Positions 39,901 to 57,200 of a stretch of DNA of 64,000 nucleotides are shown one piece after another (the first letter of the stretch is position 1; the number at the start of each line of letters is the position of its first letter). The position numbers were made by a program, and so were the translations under genes. Location: assembly GCA_964016885.1 (NCBI GenBank), contig OZ024740.1, forward strand, positions 12,152,001 to 12,216,000, written 5' to 3'. The notes under the pieces are model-generated. The model did no database searches. It was given only the letters and a program-made list of their open reading frames with translations, and was not told the origin of the DNA. The DNA comes from Eledone cirrhosa. Its lineage: Eukaryota.

Positions 39901-42900
39901 CACCACCAACAACAACACCACCAACAACACCACCACCAACAACACCACCAACAACACCACCAACAAGACCACCACCAACAACACCACCAACAACAACACC
40001 ACCAACAACACCACCAACAACAACACCACCAACACCACCACCAACAACAACACCACCAACAACACCACCAACAACAACACCACCAACAACACCACCAACA
40101 ACAACACCACCTCCAACAACACCAACAACACCACGAGCAACAACACCACCACCAACAAGACCACCACCAACAACACCACCAACAGCACCAGCATCAACAC
40201 TACCACCAACAACACCCCCACCACCAACAACACCAACAACACCAACAACAACACCAACAACAACACCACCAACAACACCACTACCAACAACACCAACAAC
40301 ACCACCACCAACAACACCACGACCAACAACACCACCACCAACAACAACACCAACAACAACACCACTACCAACAACAACACCACCAACAACACCACCAACA
40401 ACAACACCACCAACAACAACACCACCAGCAACACCACCACCAACAACACCACCAACAACACCACCAACAAGACCACCACCAACAACACCACCAACAACAA
40501 CACCACCAACAACACCACCAACAACAACACCACCAACAACACCACCAACAACAACACCACCAACAACACCAACAACACCACCAACACCCCCACCACCAAC
40601 AACACCACCAACAACACCAACAACACCACCACCAACACTACCACCAACAACAACACCACCACCAACAACACCGCCAACAACACCAACAACACCACCAACA
40701 ACAACACTAACAACACCACTACCAACAACACCAGCAACAACAACACCAACACCACCACCAACAACACTAACCAAACAACCGCCAACAACACTAACAAAAC
40801 CACTACCAACAACACCAGCAACAACAACACCAACAACACCAACACCACTAACAACACCACCACCAACAACAATACCATCACAAACAACACCACCACCAAC
40901 ATCAATACCATCACGAACAACACCACCACCAACGACACCACCAATAACAACAACACCACCAACACCAACAACACCACCAACACCACCACCAACAACACCA
41001 CCAACAACAACACCACCAACAACAACAACACCACCAACAACAACACCACCAACAACACCACCACCAACAACACCAACTATACCACCACCAACAAAACTAA
41101 CCACACCACCACCAACAACACCACCACCAACAACACCACCACCAACAACAACACCAGCAACAACAACACCACCACCAACAACACCAACAACACCACCACC
41201 AACAACACTAACAACACCACCACCAACAACACCAGCAACAACAACACCAACACCAACAACACTAAACAAACAACAACCAACAACACTAACAACACCACCA
41301 CCAACAACACCAACAACACCACCACCAACAACACTAACAACACCACCACCAACAACACCACCACCAACAACACCAGCAACAACAACACCACCACCAACAA
41401 CACTAACCACACAACCACCAACAACACTAACAACACCACTACAAACAACACCAGCAACAACAACACCAACACCAACAAAACTAACCACACCACCACCAAC
41501 ACCACCACCAACAACAACACCAACAACAACACCAGCAACAACAACACCACCACCAACAACACCACCACCAACACTACCACCAACAGCACTAACAACACCA
41601 CCACCAACAACACCACCACCATCAACAACACCACCACCAACAACACCACCAACAACAACACTAACAACACCACCACCAACAACACCACCACCACCAACAA
41701 CAACACCACCAACAACACCACCTCCAACAACACCAGCAACACCACCAACAACACCACCAACAACAACAACAACACCAACAACAACAATACCACCACCAAC
41801 AACACCAACAACAACAACACCACCTCCAAAAACACCAACAACAACAACACCAACAACAACATCACCACCACCAACAACACCACCTCCAACAACACCAACA
41901 ACACCACCAACAACAACACCAACAACAACAAATCCAACAACAACAACACCACAACCAACAACACCACCACCAATAACACCACCAACACCAACAACAACAC
42001 CAAAAACAACACCAACAAGAACATCACCTACACCACCAACAACAATACCATCTTGAACAACACCACCACCAACAACAATACCATCACGAACAACACCACC
42101 ACCAACAACACCACCAATAACAACAACACCACCAACACCAACGACACCACCAACACCACCACCACCAACAACACCACCAACAACAACACCACCACCAACA
42201 ACACCACCACCAACAACAACACCACCAACAACACCACCACCAACAACACCACCAACAACAAGAACACCAACAACACCACCAACACCACCACCACCAACAA
42301 CACCACCAACAACACCAACAACACCACCAACACCCCCACCACCAACAACACTAACAACACCACCACCAACAACACCACCACCAACAACACCACCACCAAC
42401 AACAACACCACCAACAACACCACCACCAACAACACCACCAACAACAAGAACACCAACAACACCACCAACACCACCACCACCAACAACACCACCAACAACA
42501 CCAACAACACCACCAACACCCCCACCACCAACAACACCAACAACACCAGCAACACCACCAACAACACCACCAACAACACCACCACCAACAACAACAACAA
42601 TACCACCACCAACAACACCAACAACAACAACACCACCTCCAAAAACACCAACAACAACAACACCAACAACAACATCACCACCACCAACAACACCACCTCC
42701 AACAACACCAACAACACCACGACCAACAACACCACCAACAACAACACCACCACCAACAACAACAACACCACCACCAACAAGACCACCACCAACAACACCA
42801 CCAACAACATCAGCATCAACAACACCACCAACAACAACACCACCAACAACAACACCACCAACAACACCACCAACAACAACACCACCAACAACAACAACAA

Positions 42901-45203
42901 CACCAACAATACCACCACCAACAACACCAACAACAACATCACCACCACCAACGACAACACCAACAACAACACCACCAACAACACCACCTCCAACAACACC
43001 ACCAACAACAACACCACCACCAACAACACCACCAACAACAACACTAACAACACCACCACCAACAACACCACCACCACCAACGACAACACCAACAACAACA
43101 CCACCAACAACACCACCTCCAACAACACCAGCAACACCACCAACAACACCACCACCAACAACACCAACAACAACAATACCACCACCAACAACACCACCTC
43201 CAACAACACCAACAACAACACCAACAACAACAAATCCAACAACAACAACACCACAACCAACATCACCACCACCAATAACACCACCAACACCAACAACAAC
43301 ACCAAAAACAACACCAACAAGAACATCACCTACACCACCAACAACAATACCATCTTGAACAACACCACCACCAACAACAATACCATCACGAACAACACCA
43401 CCACCAACAACACCACCAATAACAACAACACCACCAACACCAACGACACCACCAACACCACCACCAACAACACCACCAACAACACCACCACCAACAACAA
43501 CACCACCAACAACACCACCACCAACAACACCACCAACAACAAGAACACCAACAACACCGCCAACACCACCACCACTAACAACACCACCAACAACACCAAC
43601 AACACCACCAACACCGCCACCACCAACAACACCAACAACACCACCACCAACAACACCACCACCAACAACACCACCACCAACAACAACACCAACAACAACA
43701 CCAACAACAACATCACCACCACCAACAACACCACCTCCAACAACACCAACAACACCACGAGCAACAACACCACCACCAACAAGACCACCACCAACAACAC
43801 CACCAACAGCACCAGCATCAACACTACCACCAACAACACCCCCACCACCAACAACACCAACAACACCAACAACAACACCAACAACAACACCACCAACAAC
43901 ACCACTACCAACAACACCAACAACACCACCACCAACAACACCACGACCAACAACACCACCACCAACAACAACACCAACAACAACACCACTACCAACAACA
44001 ACACCACCAACAACACCACCAACAACAACACCACCAACAACAACACCACCAACAACACCACCACCAACAACACCACCAACAACACCACCAACAAGACCAC
44101 CACCAACAACACCACCAACAACAACACCACCAACAACACCACCAACAACAACACCACCAACACCACCACCAACAACAACACCACCAACAACACCACCAAC
44201 AACAACACCACCAACAACACCACCAACAACAACACCACCTCCAACAACACCAACAACACCACGAGCAACAACACCACCACCAACAAGACCACCACCAACA
44301 ACACCACCAACAGCACCAGCATCAACACTACCACCAACAACACCCCCACCACCAACAACACCAACAACACCAACAACAACACCAACAACAACACCACCAA
44401 CAACACCACTACCAACAACACCAACAACACCACCACCAACAACACCACGACCAACAACACCACCACCAACAACAACACCAACAACAACACCACTACCAAC
44501 AACAACACCACCAACAACACCACCAACAACAACACCACCAACAACAACACCACCAGCAACACCACCACCAACAACACCACCAACAACACCACCAACAAGA
44601 CCACCACCAACAACACCACCAACAACAACACCACCAACAACACCACCAACAACAACACCACCAACAACACCACCAACAACAACACCACCAACAACACCAA
44701 CAACACCACCAACACCCCCACCACCAACAACACCACCAACAACACCAACAACACCACCACCAACACTACCACCAACAACAACACCACCACCAACAACACC
44801 GCCAACAACACCAACAACACCACCAACAACAACACTAACAACACCACTACCAACAACACCAGCAACAACAACACCAACACCACCACCAACAACACTAACC
44901 AAACAACCGCCAACAACACTAACAAAACCACTACCAACAACACCAGCAACAACAACACCAACAACACCAACACCACTAACAACACCACCACCAACAACAA
45001 TACCATCACAAACAACACCACCACCAACATCAATACCATCACGAACAACACCACCACCAACGACACCACCAATAACAACAACACCACCAACACCAACAAC
45101 ACCACCAACACCACCACCAACAACACCACCAACAACAACACCACCAACAACAACAACACCACCAACAACAACACCACCAACAACACCACCACCAACAACA
45201 CCA
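36935..45203. repeat. Tandem duplication, 4128-bp unit x2, apparently near-identical
   Basis: Track ORF pairs 36949/41077, 37900/42028 and 38916/43044 have identical translations at offset 4128. Confidence 0.9.
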
Positions 45204-48200
45204 CCAACAACAAGAACACCAACAACACCACCAACACCACCACCACCAACAACAACACCAACAACACCAACAACACCACCAAACCCCCACCACCAACAAC
45301 ACCACCAACAACACCAACAACACCAACAACACCACCACCAACACTACCACCAACAACAACACCACCAACAACACCGCCAACAACAATACCACCAACAACA
45401 CCACCACCAACAACAACACCAACAACACCACCACCAACAACAACACCAACAACACCACCACCAACAACAGCACCACCAACAAAACTAACCACACCACCAC
45501 CAACAACACCACCACCAACAACACCACCACCACCAACAACACTGACAACACCACCAACAACACCAACACCAACAACAACACCAACACCACCACCAACAAC
45601 ACCACCACCAACAACACCACCACCAACAACACCACCAACAACAACACCAGCAACACCACCAACAACAACACCACCACCAACAACACCAACAACACCACCA
45701 CCAACAACACCACCACCAACAACACCACCAACAACAACACTAACAACAACACCACCACCAACAACAACACCACCAACGCCACCAACAACAACACTAACAC
45801 CAACACCACCAACAACACTAACAACAACACCACCACCACCAACAACACCAACAACACCACCACCAATAACACCACCAACAACACCACCACCAACAACACT
45901 AACAACAACACCACCACCAACAACACCACCAACAACACCACCAACAACAACACCACCAACAACACTAACAACAACACCGCCAACAACAACAACACCACCA
46001 CCAACAACACTAACAACACCAACAACACCACCACCAACAACACCACCACCAACAACACCACCAACAACAACACCACCACCAACAACACCACCAACAACAA
46101 CACTAACAACACCACCACCAACAACACCACCACCACCAACGACAACACCAACAACAACACCACCAACAACACCACCTCCAACAACACCAGCAACACCACC
46201 AACAACACCACCAACAACAACAACAACCCCAACAACAACAATACCACCACCAACAACACCAACAACAACAACACCACCTCTAAAAACACCAACAACAACA
46301 ACACCAACAACAACATCACCACCACCAACAACACCACCTCCAACAACACCAACAACACCACCAACAATAACACCAACAACAACAAATCCAACAACAACAA
46401 CACCACAACCAACAACACCACCACCAATAACACCACCAACACCAACAACAACACCAAAAACAACACCAACAAGAACATCACCTACACCACCAACAACAAT
46501 ACCATCTTGAACAACACCACCACCAACAACAATACCATCACGAACAACACCACCACCAACAACACCACCAATAACAACAACACCACCAACACCAACGACA
46601 CCACCAACACCACCACCAACAACACCACCAACAACACCACCACCAACAACAACACCACCAACAACACCACCACCAACAACACCACCAACAACAAGAACAC
46701 CAACAACACCACCAACACCACCACCACCAACAACAACACCACCAACAACAACACCACCACCAACAACAACAACAACAACACCACCACCAACAACACCAAC
46801 AACACCACCAACACCCCCACCACCAACAACACCAACAACACCACCACCAACAACACCACCACCAACAACACCACCACCAACAACAACACCAACAACAACA
46901 CCAACAACAACAACACCACCTCCAAAAACACCAACAACAACAACACCAACAACAACATCACCACCGCCAACAACACCACCTCCAACAACACCAACAACAC
47001 CACGACCAACAACACCACCACCAACAAGACCACCACCAACAACACCAACAACAACACCAGCATCAACACTACCACCAACAACACCACCAACAACACCAAC
47101 AACACCACCAACACCCCCACGACCAACAACACCACCAACAACACCAACAACACCACCACCAACACTACCACCAACAACAACACCACCAACAACACCACCA
47201 ACAACAACACCACTACCAACAAGACCACCACCAACAACACCACCAACAACACCACCAACACCACCACCACCAACAACACCACCAACAACACCAACAACAC
47301 CAACAACACCACCAACAACAACACTAACAACACCACTACCAACAACACCAGCAACAACAACACCAACACCACCACCAACAACACTAACCAAACAACCACC
47401 AACAACACTAACAAAACCACTACCAACAACACCAGCAACAACAACACCAACAACACCAACACCACTAACAACACCACCACCAACAATACCACCAACAACA
47501 ACACCACCAACAACAACACCACCAACAACACCACTACCAACAACACCAACAATACCACCACCAACAAAACTAACCACACCACCACCAACAACACCACCAC
47601 CAACAACACCACCACCAACAACAACACCAGTAACAACAACACCACCACCAACAACACCAACAACACCACCACCAACAACACTAACAACACCACCACCAAC
47701 AACACCAGCAACAACAACACCAACACCAGCAACACTAAACAAACAACAACCAACAACACTAACAACACCACTACCAACAACACCAACAACACCAACAACA
47801 CTAACCACACAACCACCAACAACACTAACAACACCACTACAAACAACACCAGCAACAACAACACCAACACCAACAGAACTAACCACACCACCACCAACAC
47901 CACCACCAACACCACCACCAACAACACCACCACCATCAACAACACCACCACCAACAACACCACCAACAACAACACTAACAACACCACCACCAACAACACC
48001 ACCACCACCAACGACAACACCAACAACAACACCACCAACAACACCACCTCCAACAACATCAGCAACACCACCAACAACACCACCAACAACAACAACAACA
48101 CCAACAACAACAATACCACCACCAACAACACCAACAACAACAACACCACCTCCAAAAACACCAACAACAACAACACCAACAACAACATCACCACCACCAA

Positions 48201-51200
48201 CAACACCACCTCCAACAACACCAACAACACCACCAACAACAACACCACCAACAACAAATCCAAAAACAACAACACCACAACCAACATCACCACCACCAAT
48301 AACACCACCAACACCAACAACAACACCAAAAACAACACCAACAAGAACATCACCTACACCACCAACAACAATACCATCTTGAACAACACCACCACCAACA
48401 ACAATACCATCACGAACAACACCACCACCAACAACACCACCAATAACAACAACACCACCAACACCAACGACACCACCAACACCACCACCAACAACACCAC
48501 CAACAACAACACCACCACCAACAACACCACCACCAACAACAACACCACCAACAACACCACCACCAACAACACCACCAACAACAAGAACACCAACAACACC
48601 ACCAACACCACCACCACCAACAACACCACCAACAACACCAACAACACCACCAACACCCACACCACCAACAACACCAACAACACCACCACCAACAAGACCA
48701 CCACCAACAACACCACCAACACCACCACCAACACCCCCACCACCAACAACACCAACAACACCACCACCAACACTACCACCAACAACAACACCACCACCAA
48801 CAACACCGCCAACAACAACACCAACAACACCAACAACACCACCACCAACAACACTAACAACACCACCACCAACAACACCACCACCACCAACAACACTGAC
48901 AACACCACCACCAACAACACCACCACCAACAACACTAACAACAACACCACCACCAACAACATCACCAACAACGCCACCAACAACAACAACACCAACAACA
49001 CCACCACCAACAACACCAACAACACCACCACCAACAACACCACCACCAACAACAACACCAACAACACCAACAACACCACCACCAACAACAACACTAACAA
49101 CACCACCACCAACAACACCACCACCAACAACACTAACAACAACACCACCACCAACAACATCACCAACAACGCCACCAACAACAACAACACCAACAACACC
49201 ACCACCAACAACACCAACAACACCACCACCAACAACACCACCACCAACAACAACACCAACAACACCAACAACACCACCACCAACAACAACACTAACAACA
49301 CCACCACCAACAACACCACCACCAACAACACCAACAACACCACCACCAACAACACCACCACCAACAACAACACCAACAACACCAACAACACCACCACCAA
49401 CAACAACACTAACAACACCACCACCAACAACATCACCAACAACGCCACCAACAACAACAACACCAACAACACCACCACCAACAACACTAACAACACCACC
49501 ACCAACAACACCACCACCAACGACAACACCAACAACACCAACAACACCACCACCAACAACATTAACAACACCACCACCAACAACACCACCACCACCACCA
49601 ACAACACCACCAACAACACCACCACCAACAACAACACCAACAACAACACCAGCAACAACACCACCACCACCACCAACAACACCACCAACAACAACACCAC
49701 CACCAACAACAACACCACCAAATCCAACACCACCAACAACAACACCACCACCAACAACACCACCAATAACAACACCACGACCTCACCACCACCAACAACA
49801 CCACCACCACCAACAACAACACCACCAACAACACCACCACCACCAACACCACCAACAACACCACCAACAACAACACCACGACCAACAACACCACGACCAA
49901 CACCACCACCACCAACAAGACCACCACCAACAACACCACCAACAACACCACCAACAACAACACCACCAACAACACCACCAACAACAACACCACCAACAAC
50001 AACACCACCAACAACACCACTACCAACAACACCAACAACAGCATCACCAACAACACCACCACCAACAAAACTAACCACACCAACAAAACTAACCACGCCA
50101 CCACCAACAACACCACCACCAACAACACCACCACCAACAACACCACCAACAACACCACTACCAACAACACCAACAACAGCATCACCAACAACACCACCAC
50201 CAACAAAACTAACCACACCAACAACAACACCAGCAACACCACCAACAACAACACCACCACCAACAACACCAACAACACCACCACCAACAACACCACCACC
50301 AACAACACCACCAACAACAACACTAACAACAACACCACCACCAACAACACCACCACCAACGCCACCAACAACAACACTAACACCAACACCACCAACAACA
50401 CTAACAACAACACCACCACCACCAACAACACCAACAACACTACCACCAACAACACCACCAACAACACCACCACCAGCAACACTATCAACAACACCACCAC
50501 CAACAACACCACCAACAACACCACCAACAACAACACCACCAACAACACCACCAACAACAACACCACCAACAACACCACCAACAACACCACCACCAACAAC
50601 ACCACCAACAACACCACCAACAACAACACCACCAACAACAACAACACCACCAACAACAACACTAACAACACCAACAACACCACCACCAACAACACCACCA
50701 CCAACAACACCACCAACAACAACACCACCAACAACACCACCAGCAACAACACCACCAACAACACCACCACCAACAACACTAACAACACCAACAACACCAC
50801 CACCAACAACAACACCACCAACAACAACACCAACAACACCAACACCAACAACAAAACCAACAACACCACCGCCAACAACAACAACACCACCAACAACAAC
50901 ACCACCAACAACACCACCAGCAACAACACCACCAACAACAACACCACCAATAACAACACCACGACCAACAACATCACCACCACCAACAACTCCAACAACA
51001 ACACTAGCAACAACAACACCAGCAACAACAACACCAGCAACAACAACACCACCACCAACAACACCACCACCAACAACACCACCACTAACAACACTAACCA
51101 CACAACCACCAACAACACTAACAACACCACCACCAACAACAACACCAACAACACCGCCACCAACAACACCACCACCAACAACACCACCAACAACACCACC

Positions 51201-54200
51201 AAGAACAACACCACCAACAAACACCACCACCAACAACACTAACAACAACACCGCCAAAAACAACACCAACAACAACACCAACAACAACACCAGCAACAAC
51301 AACACCACCACCAACAACACCAGCAACACCACCACCAACAACAACACCACCAACAACAACACCACCAACAACAAAACCACCAACAACACCACCATCAACA
51401 ACACTAAAAACACCAGAACCAACAACACCACCACCAACAACAACACCACCACCAACAACACCACCAACAACACCAACATCAACAACACCACCAACAACAA
51501 CACCACCAACAACACCACCAACAACAACACCACCAACAACAACACCACCAACAACACCACTACCAACAACACCAACAACAGCATCACCAACAACACCACC
51601 ACCAACAAAACTAACCACACCAACAAAACTAACCACGCCACCACCAACAACACCACCACCAACAACACCACCACCAACAACACCACCACCAACAACACCA
51701 CCAACAACAACGCCAGCAACACCACCAACAACAACACCACCACCAACAACACCAACAACACCACCACCAACAACACCACCTCCAACAACACCACCAACAA
51801 CAACACTAACAACAACACCACCACCAACAACACCACCACCAACGCCACCAACAACAACACTAACACCAACACCACCAACAACACTAACAACAACACCACC
51901 AACAACACCACAACCAGCAACACTATCAACAACACCACCACCAACAACACCAACAACACTACCACCAACAACACCACCAACAACACCACCACCAGCAACA
52001 CTATCAACAACACCACCACCAACAACACCACCAACAACACCACCAACAACAACACCACCAACAACACCACCAACAACAACACCACCAACAACACCACCAA
52101 CAACACCACCACCAACAACACCACCAACAACACCACCAACAACAACACCACCAACAACAACAACACCACCAACAACAACACTAACAACACCAACAACACC
52201 ACCACCAACAACACCACCACCAACAACACCACCAACAACAACACCACCAACAACACCACCAGCAACAACACCACCAACAACACCACCACCAACAACACTA
52301 ACAACACCAACAACACCACCACCAACAACAACACCACCAACAACAACACCAACAACACCAACACCAACAACAAAACCAACAACACCACCGCCAACAACAA
52401 CAACACCACCAACAACAACACCACCAACAACACCACCAGCAACAACACCACCAACAACAACACCACCAATAACAACACCACAACCAACAACATCACCACC
52501 ACCAACAACTCCAACAACAACACTAGCAACAACAACACCAGCAACAACAACACCAGCAACAACAACACCACCACCAACAACACCACCACCAACAACACCA
52601 CCACTAACAACACTAACCACACAACCACCAACAACACTAACAACACCACCACCAACAACAACACCTGCAACAACAACACCACTACCAACAACACCAACAA
52701 CACCACCACCAACAAAACTAACCACACCACCACCAACAACACCACCACCAACAACAAAACCAACAACACCACCACCACCAACACCACCACCAACAAAACT
52801 AACCAACCACCACCAACAACACCAACACCAACAACACCACCACCAACAACACCACCACCAACAACAACACAAACAACACCACCACCAACAACACTAACAA
52901 CAACAACACCAACAACAACACCAACAACACCACCAACAACACTGCCAACAACACCACCACCAACAACACCACCACCAACAACAACACCAACAACAACACC
53001 AGCAACAACAACATCACCACCAACAACAGCACCACCAACAAAACTAACCACACCACCACCAACAACACCACCACCAACAACAACACCAACAACAACACCA
53101 GCAACAACAACACCAACAACACTAACCAAACAACCACCAACAACACTAACAACACCACTACCAACAACACCAGCAACAACGACACCAACAACACCAACAC
53201 CAACAATACTAACAACACCACCACCAACAACAACACCAACAACACCACCACCAACAAAACCACCACCAACAACACTAACAACAACAACACCAACAACACC
53301 ACCATCAACAACACCACCACCAACAACAGCACCAACAACACCACCACCAACAACACTAACAACAACACCACCACCAACAACTCCACCAACAACACCACCA
53401 ACAACACTAACAACAACACCACCAACAACAACACCAACAACACCACCACCAACAACACTAACAACACCACCACCAACAACACCACCACCAACAACAACAC
53501 CAACAACACCAACAACACCACCACCAACAACATTAACAACACCACCACCAACAACAACACCAACAACACCACCACCAACAACACCACCACCAACAACAAC
53601 ACCAACAACACCAACAACACCACCACCACCAACAACACCACCACCAACAACACTAACAACAACACCACCACCAACAACATCACCAACAACGCCACCAACA
53701 ACAACACCACCAACAACACCACCACCAACAACACTAACAACAACACCACCACCAACAACTCCACCAACATCACCACCAACAACAACACCAACAACACTAA
53801 CAACAACAACACCAGCAACAACAACACCACCACCAACAACACCACCACCACCAACAACAACACCACCAACAACACCACCAACAACACTACCAACAACAAC
53901 ACCACCAAATCCAACACCACCAACAACAACACCACCACCAACAACACCACCAATAACAACACCACGACCTCACCACCACCAACAACACCACCACCACCAA
54001 CAACAACACCACCAACAACACCACCACCACCAACACCACCAACAACAACACCAACAACAACACCACGACCAACAACACCACGACCAACACCGCCACCACC
54101 AACAAGACCACCACCAACAACACCACCAACAACACCACCATCAACAACACCACCAACAACAACACCACCAACAACACCACCAACAACAACACCACCAACA

Positions 54201-57200
54201 ACAACACCACCAACAACACCACTACCAACAACACCAACAACAGCATCACCAACAACAACACCACCAACAACACTAACAACAACACCGCCAACAACAACAA
54301 CACCACCACCAACAACACTAACAACACCAACAACACCACCACCAACAACACCACCACCAACAATACCACCACGAACAAAACTAACCACACCAACAAAACT
54401 AACCACACCACCACCAACAGCACCACCAACAACAACACCAGCAACACCACCAACAACAACACCACCACCAACAACACCAACAACACCACCACCAACAATA
54501 CCACCACCAACAACACCACCAACAACAACACTAACAACAACACCACCACCAACAACACCACCACCAACGCCACCAACAACAACACTAACACCAACACCAC
54601 CAACAACACTAACAACAACACCACCACCAACAACAACACCAACAACACCACCACCAACAACACCACCAACAACACCACCACCAACAACACAAACAACAAC
54701 ACCACCACCAACAACACCACCAACAACACCACCAACAACAACACCACCAACAACACTAACAACAACACCGCCAACAACAACAACACCACCACCAACAACA
54801 CTAACAACACCAACAACACCACCACCAACAACACCACCACCAACAACACCACCAACAACAACACCACCAGCAACAACACCACCAACAACACCACCACCAA
54901 CAACACTAACAACACCAACAACACCACCACCAACAACAACACCACCAACAACAACACCAACAACACCACCACCAACAACAAAACCAACAACACCACCGCC
55001 AACAACAACAACACCACCACCAACAACTCCAACAACACCACCACCAACAACACTAACCACACAACCACCAACAACACTAACAACACCACCACCAACAACA
55101 ACACCAACAACACCGTCACCAACAACACCACCACCAACAACAACACCACCAACAACAACACCAACAACACCACCACCAACACCACCACCAACAACACCAC
55201 CACCAACAACACTAACAACAACACCACCACCAACAACACCACCAACAACACCACCAAGAACAACACCACCAACAAACACTACCACCAACAACACTAACAA
55301 CAACACCGCCAAAAACAACACCAACAACAACACCAACAACAACACCAGCAACAACAACACCACCACCAACAACAACACCAACAACAACACCAGCAACAAC
55401 AACACCACCAGCAACAACACTAACAACACCACCACCAACAACAACACCAACAACAACACCAGCAACAACAACACCACTACCAACAACACCAACAACACCA
55501 CCACCAACAAAACTAACCACACCACCACCAACAACACCACCACCAACAACAACACCAACACCACCACCAACAAAACTAACCACACCACCACCAACAACAC
55601 CAACACCAACAACACCACCACCAACAACACCACCACCAACAACAACACCAACAACACCACCACCAACAACACTAACAACAACAACACCAACAACAACACC
55701 AACAACAACACCAACAACACTGCCAACAACTCCACCACCAACAACACCACCACCAACAACAACACCAACAACAACACAAGCAACAACAACACCAACAACA
55801 CCACCAACAACACTAACACCAACAACACCACCACCACCAACAACAACTCCAACAACAACAACACCAACAACAACACCAGCAACACCACCACCAACAACAC
55901 CACCACCACCAACAACAACACCACCAACAACAACACCAACAACACCACCACCAACAACACCACCACCACCAACAACAACATCACCAACAACAAAACCACC
56001 AACAACACCACCATCAACACTACCACCAACAACAACACCACCAACAACACCACCACCAACAACACCACCACCAACAACACCACCACCAACAAAACTAACC
56101 ACACCACCACTAACAACACCATCACCAACAACACCAACAACAACACCAGCAACAACAACACCACCACCAACAACACCAACAACACCACCACCAACAACAC
56201 TAACAACACCACCACCAACAACAACACCAACAACAACACCAGCAACAACAACACCACTACCAACAACACCAACAACACCACCACCAACAAAACTAACCAC
56301 ACCACCACCAACAACACCACCACCAACAACACCATCACCAACAACACCACCACCAACAACACCACCACCAACAACACCACCACCAACAACACCACCACCA
56401 ACAAAACTAACCACACCACCACCAACAACACCACCACCAACAACAACACCAACAACAACACCAACAACACTAACCAAACAACCACCAACAACACTAACAA
56501 CACCACTACCAACAACAACACCAACAACACCACCAACAACACTAACAACAACACCGCCAACAACACCACCACCAACAACAACACCAACAACACCAACCAC
56601 ACCACCACCAACAACATTAACAACACCACCACCAACAACAACTCCAACAACACCACCACCAACAACACCACCACCAACAACAACACCACCACCAACAACA
56701 ACAACACCACCAACAACACCACCACCAACAACAACACCAACAACACCAACCACACCACCACCAACAACATTAACAACACCACCACCAACAACAACTCCAA
56801 CAACACCACCAACAACAACACCACCACCAACAACAACACCACCAACAACAACAACTCCAACAACAACTCCAACAACACCACCACCACCAACAACAACTCC
56901 AACAACACCACCAACAACAACACCACCACCAACAACACCACCACCAACAACAACACCACCAACAACAACACCGCCAACAACAACACCAACAACACCACCA
57001 CCACCAACAACAACTCCAACAACACCACCAACAACAACACCACCACCAACAACAACACCACCAACAACAACACCACCAACAACACTAACAACAACACCGC
57101 CAACAACAACACCAACAACACCACCACCAACAGCACTAACAACACCACAACCAACAACACCACCACCAACAACAACACCAACAACACCAACCATACCACC

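Noticed and set aside
29534-54276. TTG starts of the 5658-aa and 2589-aa track ORFs
   Set aside because: The TTG lies inside a repeated cassette and is not a credible eukaryotic start; for the first ORF the frame is already open upstream.
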